A DNA stretch of 43,816 nucleotides from Octopus bimaculoides (taxonomy: Eukaryota): the NCBI RefSeq assembly GCF_001194135.2, contig NC_068985.1, positions 102,623,327 to 102,667,142 of the forward strand, written 5' to 3'. The notes beneath the pieces were generated by a model. That model had not been told where the DNA came from, ran no database searches, and saw only the letters and a list, made by a program, of their open reading frames with translations. The position numbers were made by a program, and so were the translations under genes. Shown one piece after another: positions 24,353 through 36,051 of this stretch. Each line of letters begins with the position of its first letter. Position 1 is the stretch's first letter.

Positions 24353-24394
<42 letters not shown>

Positions 24395-24620
24395 GAAAGT
24401 ATACATATAGATTTATATGGGTGTTATGCATATATACACATACAAATACACATATATATATACAATTGTTATATATGCACATATGCGGTGCAAAAATATA
24501 CATATGAGTATATAGGCATAAACATGCGCGCGCGCATGCGCACAAACGCATGCATATATATAAAATATAATTAAGATTCTGTTCAATTAGGTACCTAAAC
24601 TGAGGCACCTTGCCAGTTCG

Positions 24621-24680
24621 GTATACTCCGCACAGCTAGGTGAACAGGATGTATAGTCCGCACAGTTAGGTGAACAGGAT
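24621..24680. repeat. Two-copy 30-bp tandem repeat
   Basis: GTATACTCCGCACAGCTAGGTGAACAGGAT / GTATAGTCCGCACAGTTAGGTGAACAGGAT, 2 mismatches. Confidence 0.9.
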
Positions 24681-24786
24681 GTAAGTAAAAAGGATGTGCA
24701 GGTGTCAATACATTACATCCTTGTATATATATTTTCTAATAATATTATTAGGGACAAAATCCAAAATTACAGGTAAAAAACTCAAT

Positions 24787-25104
24787 TAAAATCAATTTAT
24801 AAAAATTAAAATTAAATTGAGCCTTATAGATAAAGTATATATAAAATATATAGTTTTAGGGAAAATAACCAATTTTCAAGAACTCATCGATGAAAATCCA
24901 CTATCACATATAGAAAAATTAATAATTAAAAGCACAATAATTATACTCATTTATTGTGCTTTTAATTATTAATTTTTCTATATGTGATAGTGGATTTTCA
25001 TCGATGAGTTCTTGAAAATTGGTTATTTTCCCTAAAACTATATATTTTATATATACTTTATCTATAAGGCTCAATTTAATTTTAATTTTTATAAATTGAT
25101 TTTA
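24787..25104. repeat. Perfect palindrome with 154-bp arms and a 10-nt loop, ending at a gap
   Basis: 24787-24940 is the reverse complement of 24951-25104 with no mismatch seen; loop TTATACTCAT. Confidence 0.92.
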
Positions 25105-25125
25105 NNNNNNNNNNNNNNNNNNNNN

Positions 25126-25157
<32 letters not shown>

Positions 25158-25915
25158 GCAATGCGGAGTGACGTTACTCCGTATCCGAGGTGATGAGTGA
25201 AACCAGTTGTTAGACATTGACGGCACATATTACGAAGTTATCACAAAACACACCTCCATCCACGCTGCGTTTACCTTACCGGCTACAATTTATTCCTTTG
25301 GTGACTATACCTTGCAATGGTGATTTAACTCACCTACAGAACAACATATTTTAATTCCAAAAGTATACGCGAAACATACGAGAATATTATATTGGTATTC
25401 AATATCATGAGAGCAAGCACATAGCTTGCGGCAATATGAAACGTGCTGCATGGCAAATGAAAGCGGGAGAATCACTTCCATAAACACGTTCAAAGCAGCA
25501 CTTATCATGCAAAGTCTTTGATCACGTCTGCAATCGAAAGCGAGTTTAATTAGACATGGGCGACGTCATGCTATTTATAACCGTATAACCGTATAATATA
25601 TTCATAAATGCAGGCGTACATACATACGCTCATACATAAATACGCATATAATTTGTACACACACACACACACATCTGTATATGTATATAGACATAGATAT
25701 ATGTGCACACACACACACAGCTAGCCAGACACTGAAAAATTAAACACATAAATGGAGTAATATAATGAGGCAAGGAGGAGGCAGATAAACAAATTATAGT
25801 ACATTGAGTCAGATAAGCGAGAAGCTGAAATAAGAGTGAAAACGACAATAAAAAAAACAATGGAGGAGGAGAACAATGACTGATAGACATACATATATAT
25901 ACGCATACATATCTA

Positions 25916-25959
<44 letters not shown>

Positions 25960-26244
25960 GTATGTGTTATGCCTCAACGTTGCTGCTATCTAGCACCTTC
26001 GGATGATCTCTACTCAACCGCTACACAACTGGTACTCCACACTTGACTGCTACTCAACATTCGACTGCTACTCAACACTCCTACCACGGCCAGACTACCT
26101 CTATTTATGTCTTGGAAGATCCTACTTCTTCGGTTGGAGGCGTCGACACATCAGTATGTATGATACACCTGTACAGGAGCGTATCCAAATATATTCTAAT
26201 TACAAAATGTGCAGACTTCAAAAGATATGTAGATAGATACAAAC

Positions 26245-26375
26245 AGAACTTATCCAAACATTTTCGTTTCATACAATAATGACCTACTACTGAACTCCAA
26301 CAAAGCTCATTGTTACTCAGATGATAGCGCAATCCATTCTTCTCCAGCTCTCTAAATTCAACCTTCTCCCACACA
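26245..26375 (+). mobile_element. CR1/Jockey-like reverse transcriptase fragment
   Basis: YNNDLLLNSNKAHCYSDDSAIHSS resembles the LINE RT catalytic region (YINDL...HCYADD); short and decayed. Confidence 0.55.
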
Positions 26376-26587
26376 AGCTGCGTTAAAACTTTACTGATTC
26401 AATAAACATAGACCGCGAGAGCATCTTGCAATAATGCCACGCAATTTTGTCTACTTTTATAGTAATATATTTTATACAAAAAATAAATTAGCCGCACTTC
26501 ACACATCTTAAACATAAGCTTTCTCTCTTTCTCTCTGTCCTTTTCTCTCCATCTGTCTTTCGATTTCTCTCTTTTTTCATTCTCTCG

Positions 26588-26674
<87 letters not shown>

Positions 26675-28043
26675 GCATCCATCATTTAAATTCCTCCCAC
26701 AAAACGTCCGGAAAGTTAGACGATAAAATAGAGGACGAGAAGAAAAAAGGACGGGTCATTCGAGGCTTCATCACGTCAGTCGAGTTCCAGATCATCTTTG
26801 TAGTTTCGGCCGGTAACACTCATAACTGCTCCAATCTGGCCGGCCCCAAGAAAATCTAAGCTAAGAGCACTAAACCCATAGGAAGAAAGCAAGCCATTGT
26901 ATACGTAAACAAGGACGAAAAAATTGGAGAAATTGTACACAATTACATATATATATNNNNNNNNNNNNNNNNNNNNNNNNNNNNNNNNNNNNNNNNNNNN
27001 NNNNNNNNNNNNNNNNNNNNNNNNNNNNNNNNNNNNNNNNNNNNNNNNNNNNNNNNNNNNNNNNNNNNNNNNNNNNNNNNNNNNNNNNNNNNNNNNNNNN
27101 NNNNNNNNNNNNNNNNNNNNNNNNNNNNNNNNNNNNNNNNNNNNNNNNNNNNNNNNNNNATATATATGCATTGTTAGAACGCATGAACGCGTAGAATTTT
27201 AAAGTGTTTTGTCGTGCCCTAAAGCATGTATGCTTGTAGGCCTTATGTAGTAAGTTATATGTCTGCCATCAAATTTATACCATCATTTCACGCGAGTATT
27301 CGAATCAATGCTCCAGTGTGAAATCAAGGGAATGACATTTTTCGCGCGCCCACACACAGGTTCACTTTCACATATACAGGTTCACATATACACGCACAAA
27401 TATATACAACCAGCACTATAAATATGTATCTACAAATGTGTCCGTGTGTATGTGTGTTTAAGTATATATGTACGCATGAATATTTTTAGGGAATTTATAG
27501 ACGTATATATGTCTGCCTGATTTGTGCATGTATACTTGTATGTATACTTGTATATATGTATAAATTTATCAACCTATCTATTATGCATGTACTTATATAA
27601 GTATATATGTAAAATGTGCCTACATGCATTATTCCTTTAATGGCGCATATTTGCGAGTTCCAAAGGAATATATTGAGATAAAACTTCATAGAAAGCGTTA
27701 AGACTATATGAACATTTAATATTGTTTATCATATCCACTTGTTCTTTAGAAGAGAATGTGAACCTAAAGAAACGAAACCAACGAAAACGGTAAAAATTAA
27801 AGATAAACCGTTAAAAATGTAACAATTTTCGCATATATTCAATTATACGAAATGTTCACGTATTTTTGGAGAAAAATAAAACTTCAATCAGTTACATATA
27901 TTTTTCTCAACTTAGAAAATTTCATGAAGTGAGGTGTAGTTCTTTATGTTTCCTCTGCGGGAATATGGAGTATATAAATGTTTACGGCTATGTTGATATA
28001 TGCATAAATGTATATGCAGACATAACTGCATGCCTATGCATAC

Positions 28044-28081
<38 letters not shown>

Positions 28082-28699
28082 AAATGAATATTAAGGAATA
28101 ATATATATAAATATATATGTATAATATACAATATATAATGTTTATAATATATTGCATATATAATACGCATATATAAACGTATATCATACGGATATATATA
28201 TATATATGAATATATATTTATATATAATATACATATATAATATATACATATACGTCTATATTATATAAGCTTATATGTACTTATATATATGTATATAAAA
28301 TGATTGTACACACATACGCATATATATGCATGTGCTTGTGTAAATGTATGTATGTATATAGCATTTTATGTGTTTGTCTTATATCTAAATTGAATTTTTG
28401 AATCTATAACCGGAACAGCAATTCCAATATGCTTTGCCAAATACTGGAAAAAGAAAATAAAAATATTATATAAATGAACAAAAATCAAATTTAGTGATAG
28501 AAGTAAATAATTAGTTTTTCGCAAAGAAAAATCAATAATATTTTCAGCAATAGAAATGTTGTTGAACTTGCTCTTATGATATTTGCTTATGTTTTGCTTA
28601 TTAATTTATTTTTATAACTAATATTAATATTATTGCACCCGTCTTTATTTTTTTTTTCTCGAGTTTTATTATTACTGAAATATTTGTTGTTGTTGCTGC

Positions 28700-28730
<31 letters not shown>

Positions 28731-28731
28731 T

Positions 28732-28760
<29 letters not shown>

Positions 28761-28762
<2 letters not shown>

Positions 28763-29067
28763 GGGGAGGATGGCCCATATGAATGGACCTGCTCTGGACG
28801 TACGCTTTTAAACCGGAGGAGTTGAGAAGGGTTGAGGTAACTGCCTGTAGTGCTCTTGACAAACAGGGTAACCAGGATGTGTGGGATTCCTCGGCTATCC
28901 CTGAAAGGAACTCCCATCTGTTGGAGAATTTCAATGTCAAATTTTTATTCCTAATTGTTAATGATTTATTTTGTTTTAAACTCGAATATAAAGCTAAGCC
29001 CCGCTTGCCTCTTGTCTTGTGTTGTCCCTCTTTGTGTTGTATCCGCCCTTGTGGACAACAAGAAAAT
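28761..29067 (+). mobile_element. Probable LINE 3' end (last codons plus 3' UTR), 5'-truncated at a (GTT)n tract
   Basis: VGRMAHMNGPALDVRF* followed by a non-coding stretch ending GCCCTTGTGGACAACAAGAAAAT and a degenerate GTT/ATT tail. The Tx1-like assignment is from recollection only. Confidence 0.4.
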
Positions 29068-29485
29068 GATTATGTTGTTGTTATTGTTATTTTTATTATT
29101 TCCTTTGACTATCTCTCATAATTTTCTTCGAATACCACTTGCAGAAAACTAAGGTTGCGGTGATGGATCTTTTCTTTTCATGTAAGTTTGCTTAAACACG
29201 TATGTGAGTTCTATGTATCTGCAAAATATATTGGAATTCATCCTTCACCGTAAGGGTAACATGGTTCACTGTCACTCTGAAATGGGGACATGTGCGTTCG
29301 ATCAGATGGAAAACCCTTTTCTGTTTATACTCTTGATTGTGAAGCCCCTAGCTATTTATGCTGGTGATGTTCTTTCATCCGTGATACATATCGCAAAGAA
29401 AGTTGTTATTATTGACGTCATCGCCATCATCATCGTCGTCATCATCATCATCAACATCATCATCACCAACATCATCATCATTATC

Positions 29486-29620
29486 AAGGTAGTACATGCT
29501 AATTTAATTAGTAGACATGTCATCTTGGGCTTTGGTGTCAACAGGTCTCTTCAAATCTCAAGAATATTTTCTTCCAGAATATAGGATAATACTTTTCTGC
29601 AGGTTGACAATGCGACTCTC
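29486..29620 (-). mobile_element. 3' end of a second R4-like RLE LINE family
   Basis: Minus strand reads ESRIVNLQKSIILYSGR.(frameshift).ILEI*, like the R4-clade C-terminal LQK..LL.SARILRKVL. It sits between (CAT)n at 29405-29485 and a compound GTT/ATT/CAT tract at 29630-29846. Confidence 0.55.
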
Positions 29621-29663
29621 AATTATTTTATTAATATTGTTGTTGTTGTTGTTGTTGTTGTTA

Positions 29664-29718
<55 letters not shown>

Positions 29719-29722
29719 CATT

Positions 29723-29754
<32 letters not shown>

Positions 29755-29804
29755 TATCATTATTATTATTATAATCATCATCATCATCATTATCATTGTC
29801 ATCG

Positions 29805-29847
<43 letters not shown>

Positions 29848-29848
29848 T

Positions 29849-30358
29849 GAGTGAGAGCGCAGCCCATGCCATCAAAGTGACACTGGGTTAGAATATAGGG
29901 AGCCCAATATACGCATCATGAGAACCCATCTGATAAGAGTACACCAGGCACATGCATCACAACCATGTGTGCACGACATGGTGATCTTATGTCAAGATAA
30001 ACAGCGCATGACCTTGCAGGTGGCGCCGGGTTTTAATTTTCTTCAGGTTGAGTGGCCCATCCTGCTCAAAAGGTCCCTGAATAAGGCTTGTTTAAGAATG
30101 TTTCCAGATGTGAATTATTCAAATCCCAAAGTATCCCTCTCAACACATGGCTGTTATGCCTCCCCCCAACACTACTTCTGCTCGTGATCAGAGGTGCACA
30201 TATCGACAGCCACTAAGGGACATGCTCAACTGGTTAAGGTCAAGCAACTGACGAGCAAATCTGTGGTATTGAGCAGAATATTTGTTGTAGCCCATCTTTT
30301 ATACCGAGACAAAATAAGGTACGTGATAACACTTCCAATCAGTTAAGATTACAAGCCA
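29849..30358. mobile_element. 510-bp non-coding island embedded in (ATT)n; candidate interspersed repeat
   Basis: A complex, GC-richer block starting GAGTGAGAGCGCAGCCCATGCCATCAAAGTGAC, with sharp boundaries to ATT repeats on both sides and no recognisable protein motif. I recall it as a common octopus repeat, which is unverified. Confidence 0.5.
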
Positions 30359-30378
30359 TTATTATTATTATTACCATT

Positions 30379-30534
30379 ATTTTTTCCGGCTCCTAACATT
30401 CTGATCTCATAACCCACCGAGATGAACCACGCCATTCATCCTTTCGATGTTGATACAATAAGTACCAATCAAATTATCATATCGAAACTATCGACTAAAC
30501 TCCATTCTTCAAAATTATTGGCTTTGTGCCTAAA

Positions 30535-30535
<1 letters not shown>
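30379..30535 (+). mobile_element. SINE family A, 5'-truncated copy
   Basis: GCCATTCATCCTTTCGATGTTGATACAATAAGTACCA central block and GGCTTTGTGCCTAAAC tail. Confidence 0.7.
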
Positions 30536-30591
<56 letters not shown>

Positions 30592-30592
30592 T

Positions 30593-30639
<47 letters not shown>

Positions 30640-30679
30640 TATCATCATCATTATCATCATCATCATCATCATCATCCTT

Positions 30680-30751
<72 letters not shown>

Positions 30752-30752
30752 G
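30536..30752. repeat. (CAT)n microsatellite with recurring CCT-TAT interruptions
   Basis: Direct reading; source of the poly-H/I/M ORFs. Confidence 0.95.
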
Positions 30753-31519
30753 TTGTCGTCCTCGTCGTCGTTGTCGTCGTTCCGATAATTATTATTGTTA
30801 TCATTGTTGCTGTTGAGGTCGTTGTCCTTGGTGCTGTTAGTTCCAGTTATGTTGGACGTGGTCGTATCGTCTCCCAGGGGCTTATTCTTTTATTCTTCTA
30901 CTTGTTTCAGTTATTTAACTGCTGCCATGCTGGAGTACTGTTTGTTAAATTTTGTTGAAAATTTCTCTGAATTTTTGTTAAAACTTTACAAAACCCATCT
31001 CTTGTCAGCTGGAAGATTAATACCATCCAACAAAATCATGGGGCGCTGGACAAACAGACCGTTTAAACTGCTTCATTTAAGTTTGGTTTCGTCCAGACGT
31101 CCAGGTAAACAAAAACCCAAAGATATTGCGAGCAAGGAGGCCAATCTCATCCAGAAACGGGCCAAAATGGAATTTTCCCTGAGGCGTCAAGCGGAGGAAA
31201 GGAACGCCTCCAGCCATCCGTCAGATGCAACTGCTTAACCGTCTCACCCTGTTCCGCTTGATGGTTGACCAGAATGTAGCGTTTGCTCCTCTGTCTTCTA
31301 TAGATGGGGCGCGTTCCGTTGGACAGATGATCAATTTGCTGTCAATCAACGTTCCAGGCATGGAGTATTAGGTATATCAGAGCTAATAATACACACACAT
31401 GTACTGAGGCTACAAGATCCCCAGTGTTCATTTGGCATTGAGAAAACAAAGTCGCCATTTGCAATAAAGTCACTTTAAGATCTAGATTAGCGTTCTATAG
31501 ACGAACAAATGTGGTTAAG

Positions 31520-31705
31520 AACGATGATGTGCCTGGAAAATCCTTGAGTGCCGACCAAGATCAACTGGCTAGTCTTTTCCGGAGGACTTTCGAGCTAGGG
31601 CTAATAGATAACTTCCTGAAATCCCTGACCAAGTAGCGTTACCAGAGGAGTATAGCTGATTCGTGATAAACTCTACAGGCATGGTAGTTCCATCAGCCAT
31701 GCCTG
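31520..31705 (+). mobile_element. Second Tx1/L1-like ORF2 fragment
   Basis: DQDQLASLFRRTFELGLIDNFLKSL...DKLYRHGSSISHAC; shares TTCCGGAGGACTTTCG exactly with 23384-23399. Confidence 0.7.
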
Positions 31706-31709
31706 CTTT

Positions 31710-31870
31710 CTTTGTTATGACAGCAAAGTTAGAGGCAATGTGATTAATGTTTTCTTCGCATTCTTTATAAATTCTGCAATCATTTAATGTATACTTCTTC
31801 ATTAGACACTTATTGTAGTTCATCTTGAAAAGACCTTCATCTTGTTCCGCCACAAACAATCATTTAATCA
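31710..31870 (-). mobile_element. R4-like RLE LINE fragment (pre-zinc-knuckle / CCHC region)
   Basis: FVAEQDEGLFKMNYNKCLMKKYTLNDCRIYKECEENINHIASNFAVI parallels the R4-clade pattern A.QDQ...T.NY.K.I.K.....CR.C...ETI.HI.SGC. Confidence 0.62.
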
Positions 31871-31889
31871 TTTTTGAGTTGTACGCCTC

Positions 31890-32410
31890 TCAGCCACTCA
31901 ACCAATTCGATCTATTGATTTTATCGATCCCAGGAAGATGAAAGGTAATGCTAAATTTGGTGGAATTTGAACGCAGCGAATATAGTAGTGTTACTAACTG
32001 GTTCATTTCAGTATTTTATTGCATTTATCTAAAGATCATGAAACGTGAAGATGATCTCGGCAGGATTTGAACTTAAATAATATTACATATATTAAAACAC
32101 GTCAATGTTGACTCGATCTTTTACAGTCTTTGGAGATCGATGAAGTATGCACGAGTTGAATCGATTGAATCGACTACATTAATCGTTTAAGAATGTGTGG
32201 CCTTGTGCCAAATTTCGAAATCATTAGTTTTATTATCAATATTATTATTGTCATTATTATTATTATTGCTATGTAATAGCAAGACGGTGAAATGCTGGAA
32301 TACATTCCTAATGGGATTTAATTATGTCCCTTTATGTTGAAAGCATAAATTCTATTGGAGTCGACTTTGCTTTCATCATTCGTAGTTTGAAGAAATTAAG
32401 TAGTGGTCAA
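31890..32410. mobile_element. Cluster of degenerate SINE family A fragments in both orientations
   Basis: Minus: TTTTATCGATCCCAGGAAGATGAAAGG...TTGGTGGAATTTGAAC (31919-31972) and GATCTCGGCAGGATTTGAAC (about 32053-32071). Plus: GGCCTTGTGCCAAATTTCGAAATC tail (about 32200) and GTCGACTTTGCTTTCATC (about 32360). Confidence 0.65.
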
Positions 32411-33200
32411 TTATTTGCTTTTAGATATCAAATTGTCTATACACCACCCTAAAAATGTGTGTACATGCTACGAAATTGTTTATATCGATATAAACAAATT
32501 GTATTACATCTAGTAGGCATTGATCTTTCGTGAGCTATTTGCAAATGTCCTTTAGAGATATATATTTTAATGAAATAGATAAATACAAGCATTCTAAGAC
32601 CATATATATTAGTTTAAATAATCTATATAGTAGAAAACATACTGTTTGCTTTTTCGTAAAAGTACAAAAGACATAGACCAGCTTTCAGCATATTCAACCT
32701 GACAGTGTCAATCAATGAAAGTCTGTAATATATAAACTCCATTGACGCAGCACCTAACTTCGACGTTCAAAACACCGAGCACCAACCCATATATACCCAA
32801 ATTTGAACCATTCAAGTAATGTCAGTAAACATGAACACAACAACAGCATATTTAGTTAAATCATCATCTTTATTCAACAGTGCGACTGAGCAATACATGA
32901 TATGATGTCTTATAGTTGCCACTCAGAAAAATTAAATGTTCGTATGTGGTGAAAAGATGCTGTCCAAATCTCATAAGGAAAAGATGCATGATCGATGTTA
33001 TAAATTACATATAACGTAAAGACATTTCTCTTAGAGTAGCAAACACTTTTAGTTCGGCCTGCTTTTCGACAAAAAATTTTTATAGGGGATGCCATTGTAC
33101 GGTGAACATAACAAGACAATATGAGTCGTGAGTGCAGTTTTTATTCTACCCATACAAAGATGAGCGTAAATAAGGGTGTTGCTGCTTTGCCCTGAAGTTT

Positions 33201-33793
33201 TCATCTTTTACTTGTTTCAGTTATTCAGCTATAGCTATGATGCGGCACGGACTTCAAGAGTTTAACCGAACAAATTGACCCTAGGACTTATTTGCTTTCA
33301 AAGGTTTTATACTTATGCTGTAGGTCTCTTATACCCAAAAGTTATGCTACGGAGGCGTAAGCAAATCAATACTGGTTGAGAAGCAGAGGGGGGTAAACAG
33401 AAGCAGAGGGACCCACACACAGATATATAAGCGCGTATATATACATATACATATATATATATATATATATNNNNNNNNNNNNNNNNNNNNNNNNNNNNNN
33501 NNNNNNNNNNNNNNNNNNNNNNNNNNNNNNNNNNNNNNNNNNNNNNNNNNNNNNNNNNNNNNNNNNNNNNNNNNNNNNNNNNNNNNNNNNNNNNNNNNNN
33601 NNNNNNNNNNNNNNNNNNNNNNNNNNNNNNNNNNNNNNNNNNNNNNNNNNNNNNNNNNNNNNNNNNNNNNNNNNNNNNNNNNNNNNNNNNNNNNNNNNNN
33701 NNNNNNNNNNNNNNNNNNNNNNNNNNNNNNNNNNNNNNNNNNNNNNNNNNNNNNNNNNNNNNNNNNNNNNNNNNNNNNNNNNNNNNNNNNNNN

Positions 33794-33837
<44 letters not shown>

Positions 33838-33977
33838 TTTATGATTCGCTCACAGGCATTTAGTTGGTTGGGAGGTGGATGGTATCAGAGTAACCCAGGG
33901 TGCCGCGCAGTGGCATTGAACCTGAAATCAAATGGCATCAAATTCAGTTTCTTAACTACACAGGCGTCCCTGCGCCT
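33201..33977 (-). mobile_element. SINE family B, long copy spanning an internal microsatellite and gap
   Basis: Tail TTTTACTTGTTTCAGT at 33205. The head reads AGGCGCAGGGACGCCTGTGTAGTTAAGAAAC...GGTTCAATGCCACTGCGCGGCACCCTGGG on the minus strand. Colinear with the + copy at 39440-39895. Confidence 0.75.
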
Positions 33978-34029
33978 TATACTAAGTTTTAATTAAGCTA
34001 TAAAATATAATGTGTTTAAATTGCAGTTG

Positions 34030-34135
34030 ATATGGTTGAAACATTAGATCACCGGGCGAAATACATCACAGTATGTGAGTTCACCTCATTAGGTTATGAG
34101 CTGAAATTCTATCGAAACTAACATTAGCTTGCATA
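34030..34135 (+). mobile_element. SINE family A, degenerate head
   Basis: TGGTTGAAACATTAGATCACCGGGCGAAATAC parallels TGGTAGAATCGTTAGCACACCGGGAGAAATGC at 173-204. Confidence 0.55.
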
Positions 34136-34370
34136 GAAGCAATCGATCTGGAGCCCCACCCTTGTAATGCGATCAATGTTTCACATAATTGTGTGCAGTT
34201 GCAACTATCAATATTGGTTCCTTGCACGTGATATTTAATATGTAAAACAAAAATATTAGATGAAAGTGATGATTAATGCAGATTGATGCAGATTAAAACA
34301 TTATAGATTGAGATAGGTGAATAAAAAAAAACAACCGATATGAATTTTTTTATCGATATTTTTTCAAGTC

Positions 34371-34402
<32 letters not shown>

Positions 34403-34869
34403 NNNNNNNNNNNNNNNNNNNNNNNNNNNNNNNNNNNNNNNNNNNNNNNNNNNNNNNNNNNNNNNNNNNNNNNNNNNNNNNNNNNNNNNNNNNNNNNNNN
34501 NNNNNNNNNNNNNNNNNNNNNNNNNNNNNNNNNNNNNNNNNNNNNNNNNNNNNNNNNNNNNNNNNNNNNNNNNNNNNNNNNNNNNNNNNNNNNNNNNNNN
34601 NNNNNNNNNNNNNNNNNNNNNNNNNNNNNNNNNNNNNNNNNNNNNNNNNNNNNNNNNNNNNNNNNNNNNNNNNNNNNNNNNNNNNNNNNNNNNNNNNNNN
34701 NNNNNNNNNNNNNNNNNNNNNNNNNNNNNNNNNNNNNNNNNNNNNNNNNNNNNNNNNNNNNNNNNNNNNNNNNNNNNNNNNNNNNNNNNNNNNNNNNNNN
34801 NNNNNNNNNNNNNNNNNNNNNNNNNNNNNNNNNNNNNNNNNNNNNNNNNNNNNNNNNNNNNNNNNNNNN

Positions 34870-34915
<46 letters not shown>

Positions 34916-35956
34916 CATTCTTGTATATATTATGTATGTGTGCGTATTATATGTTTATATATATATACATGCGTGTGTGCTATATGCGTTTTTATAGGTA
35001 TGTATATATGCGTTGATATATGCATATATATGTAAATGAGAGGGATTTGTCTGTACGTATGGAAATATATTCGGATATTTTCCTCTCTCATTCATATATA
35101 TATGCATGTGTGCTGTATGCTTAAACGAGTGTTCTTCGATATAGCTGCGTTTGCTTTGTGCTTATGTGCGCTTCTATATGCAATTGTTCGTCACCCTTGA
35201 TGCATTAACAGAAGAACTACGAATCAACATCATTACTCAAATCAAAAACAACAGTCAAAATAACAAAATAAAACAGCAACAACAACAAGAAAATTATTAA
35301 ACAAAATAAACACCAAGCCAGGGAATGATCGTTTTGCCAGATCTTGTAAGTTCCCCAAAGACTCAGTAGTAACTCAAAGGTCGATTACTATGGCGCCGCC
35401 TGCAAGCATGTGTTTTCTGTTTTCTATAATCACTCTACCAATTGTTTGATAAAACAATTAAGAACCAAATAAAAACAAATGAATAAAAATGAATATAAGC
35501 TAAAAGAAAAATAACAATAAATGAAGAGAATGAAACAAAGGAATGTGTGTTCAGAGCCCATTAAATATATTCTCCGGAGAGAATGGTAGTTGCTGCTGTG
35601 ATGCTACATCACCAGAGGTAGCACTAATGTTCCCGTCGTACAACTACACAAGAGAACTTTAATGACAGCAGCAGACCCCCCCACCACCACCACCACCACC
35701 ACTCGTTTAGGAAGCTACATTGAGTTTATTCGGCTCTTTGCTTTATATATTTCTTTCTGCTGTGTTGGTGATGTTATTGCTGTTTTATTTTTTAAAGTTT
35801 TTCGTTGCTCTATTGGGACTATTTCAGCCATCCTGGACTATTATCTCTTATACATGCATATACATAAACATAAATGTGTGAGTGCGGGTGGTTGTGTGTG
35901 TGAGTGTGTTTTGGGTCTGTGTACACAGACACACACACACACACATAAATGCATAC

Positions 35957-35967
<11 letters not shown>

Positions 35968-36046
<79 letters not shown>
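35968..36046. repeat. (AT)n microsatellite inside a compound CA/TACA/AT/GT block
   Basis: Direct reading. Confidence 0.95.

Positions 36047-36051
<5 letters not shown>

Noticed and set aside
2455-24680. CRISPR-like repeat-spacer look of 2455-2521 (16-bp repeat, 35-nt spacer) and 24621-24680
   Set aside because: Only two repeats each, no spacer series, no cas genes, and a eukaryotic context.
25188-25206. Hammerhead-like GTGATGAGTGAAAC
   Set aside because: C3 is replaced by G without a compensating change, there is no stem II, and no convincing stems I/III.
26788-26820. IIFVVSAGN resembling the subtilase (S8) oxyanion-hole motif
   Set aside because: No other S8 motifs, a stop 15 codons later, and no usable splice donor; a short chance match.
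29190-29330. Minus-strand KDEFQYILQ resembling a LINE C-terminal GDEFHY..C motif
   Set aside because: The flanking cysteines are absent, and the match is too short to support a feature.
32930-33080. Faint Merlin/ISXO2-like N-terminal pattern (FVCGEKM...RKDISLR)
   Set aside because: Requires frameshifts, has no DDE motif or TIRs, and is not distinguishable from noise.
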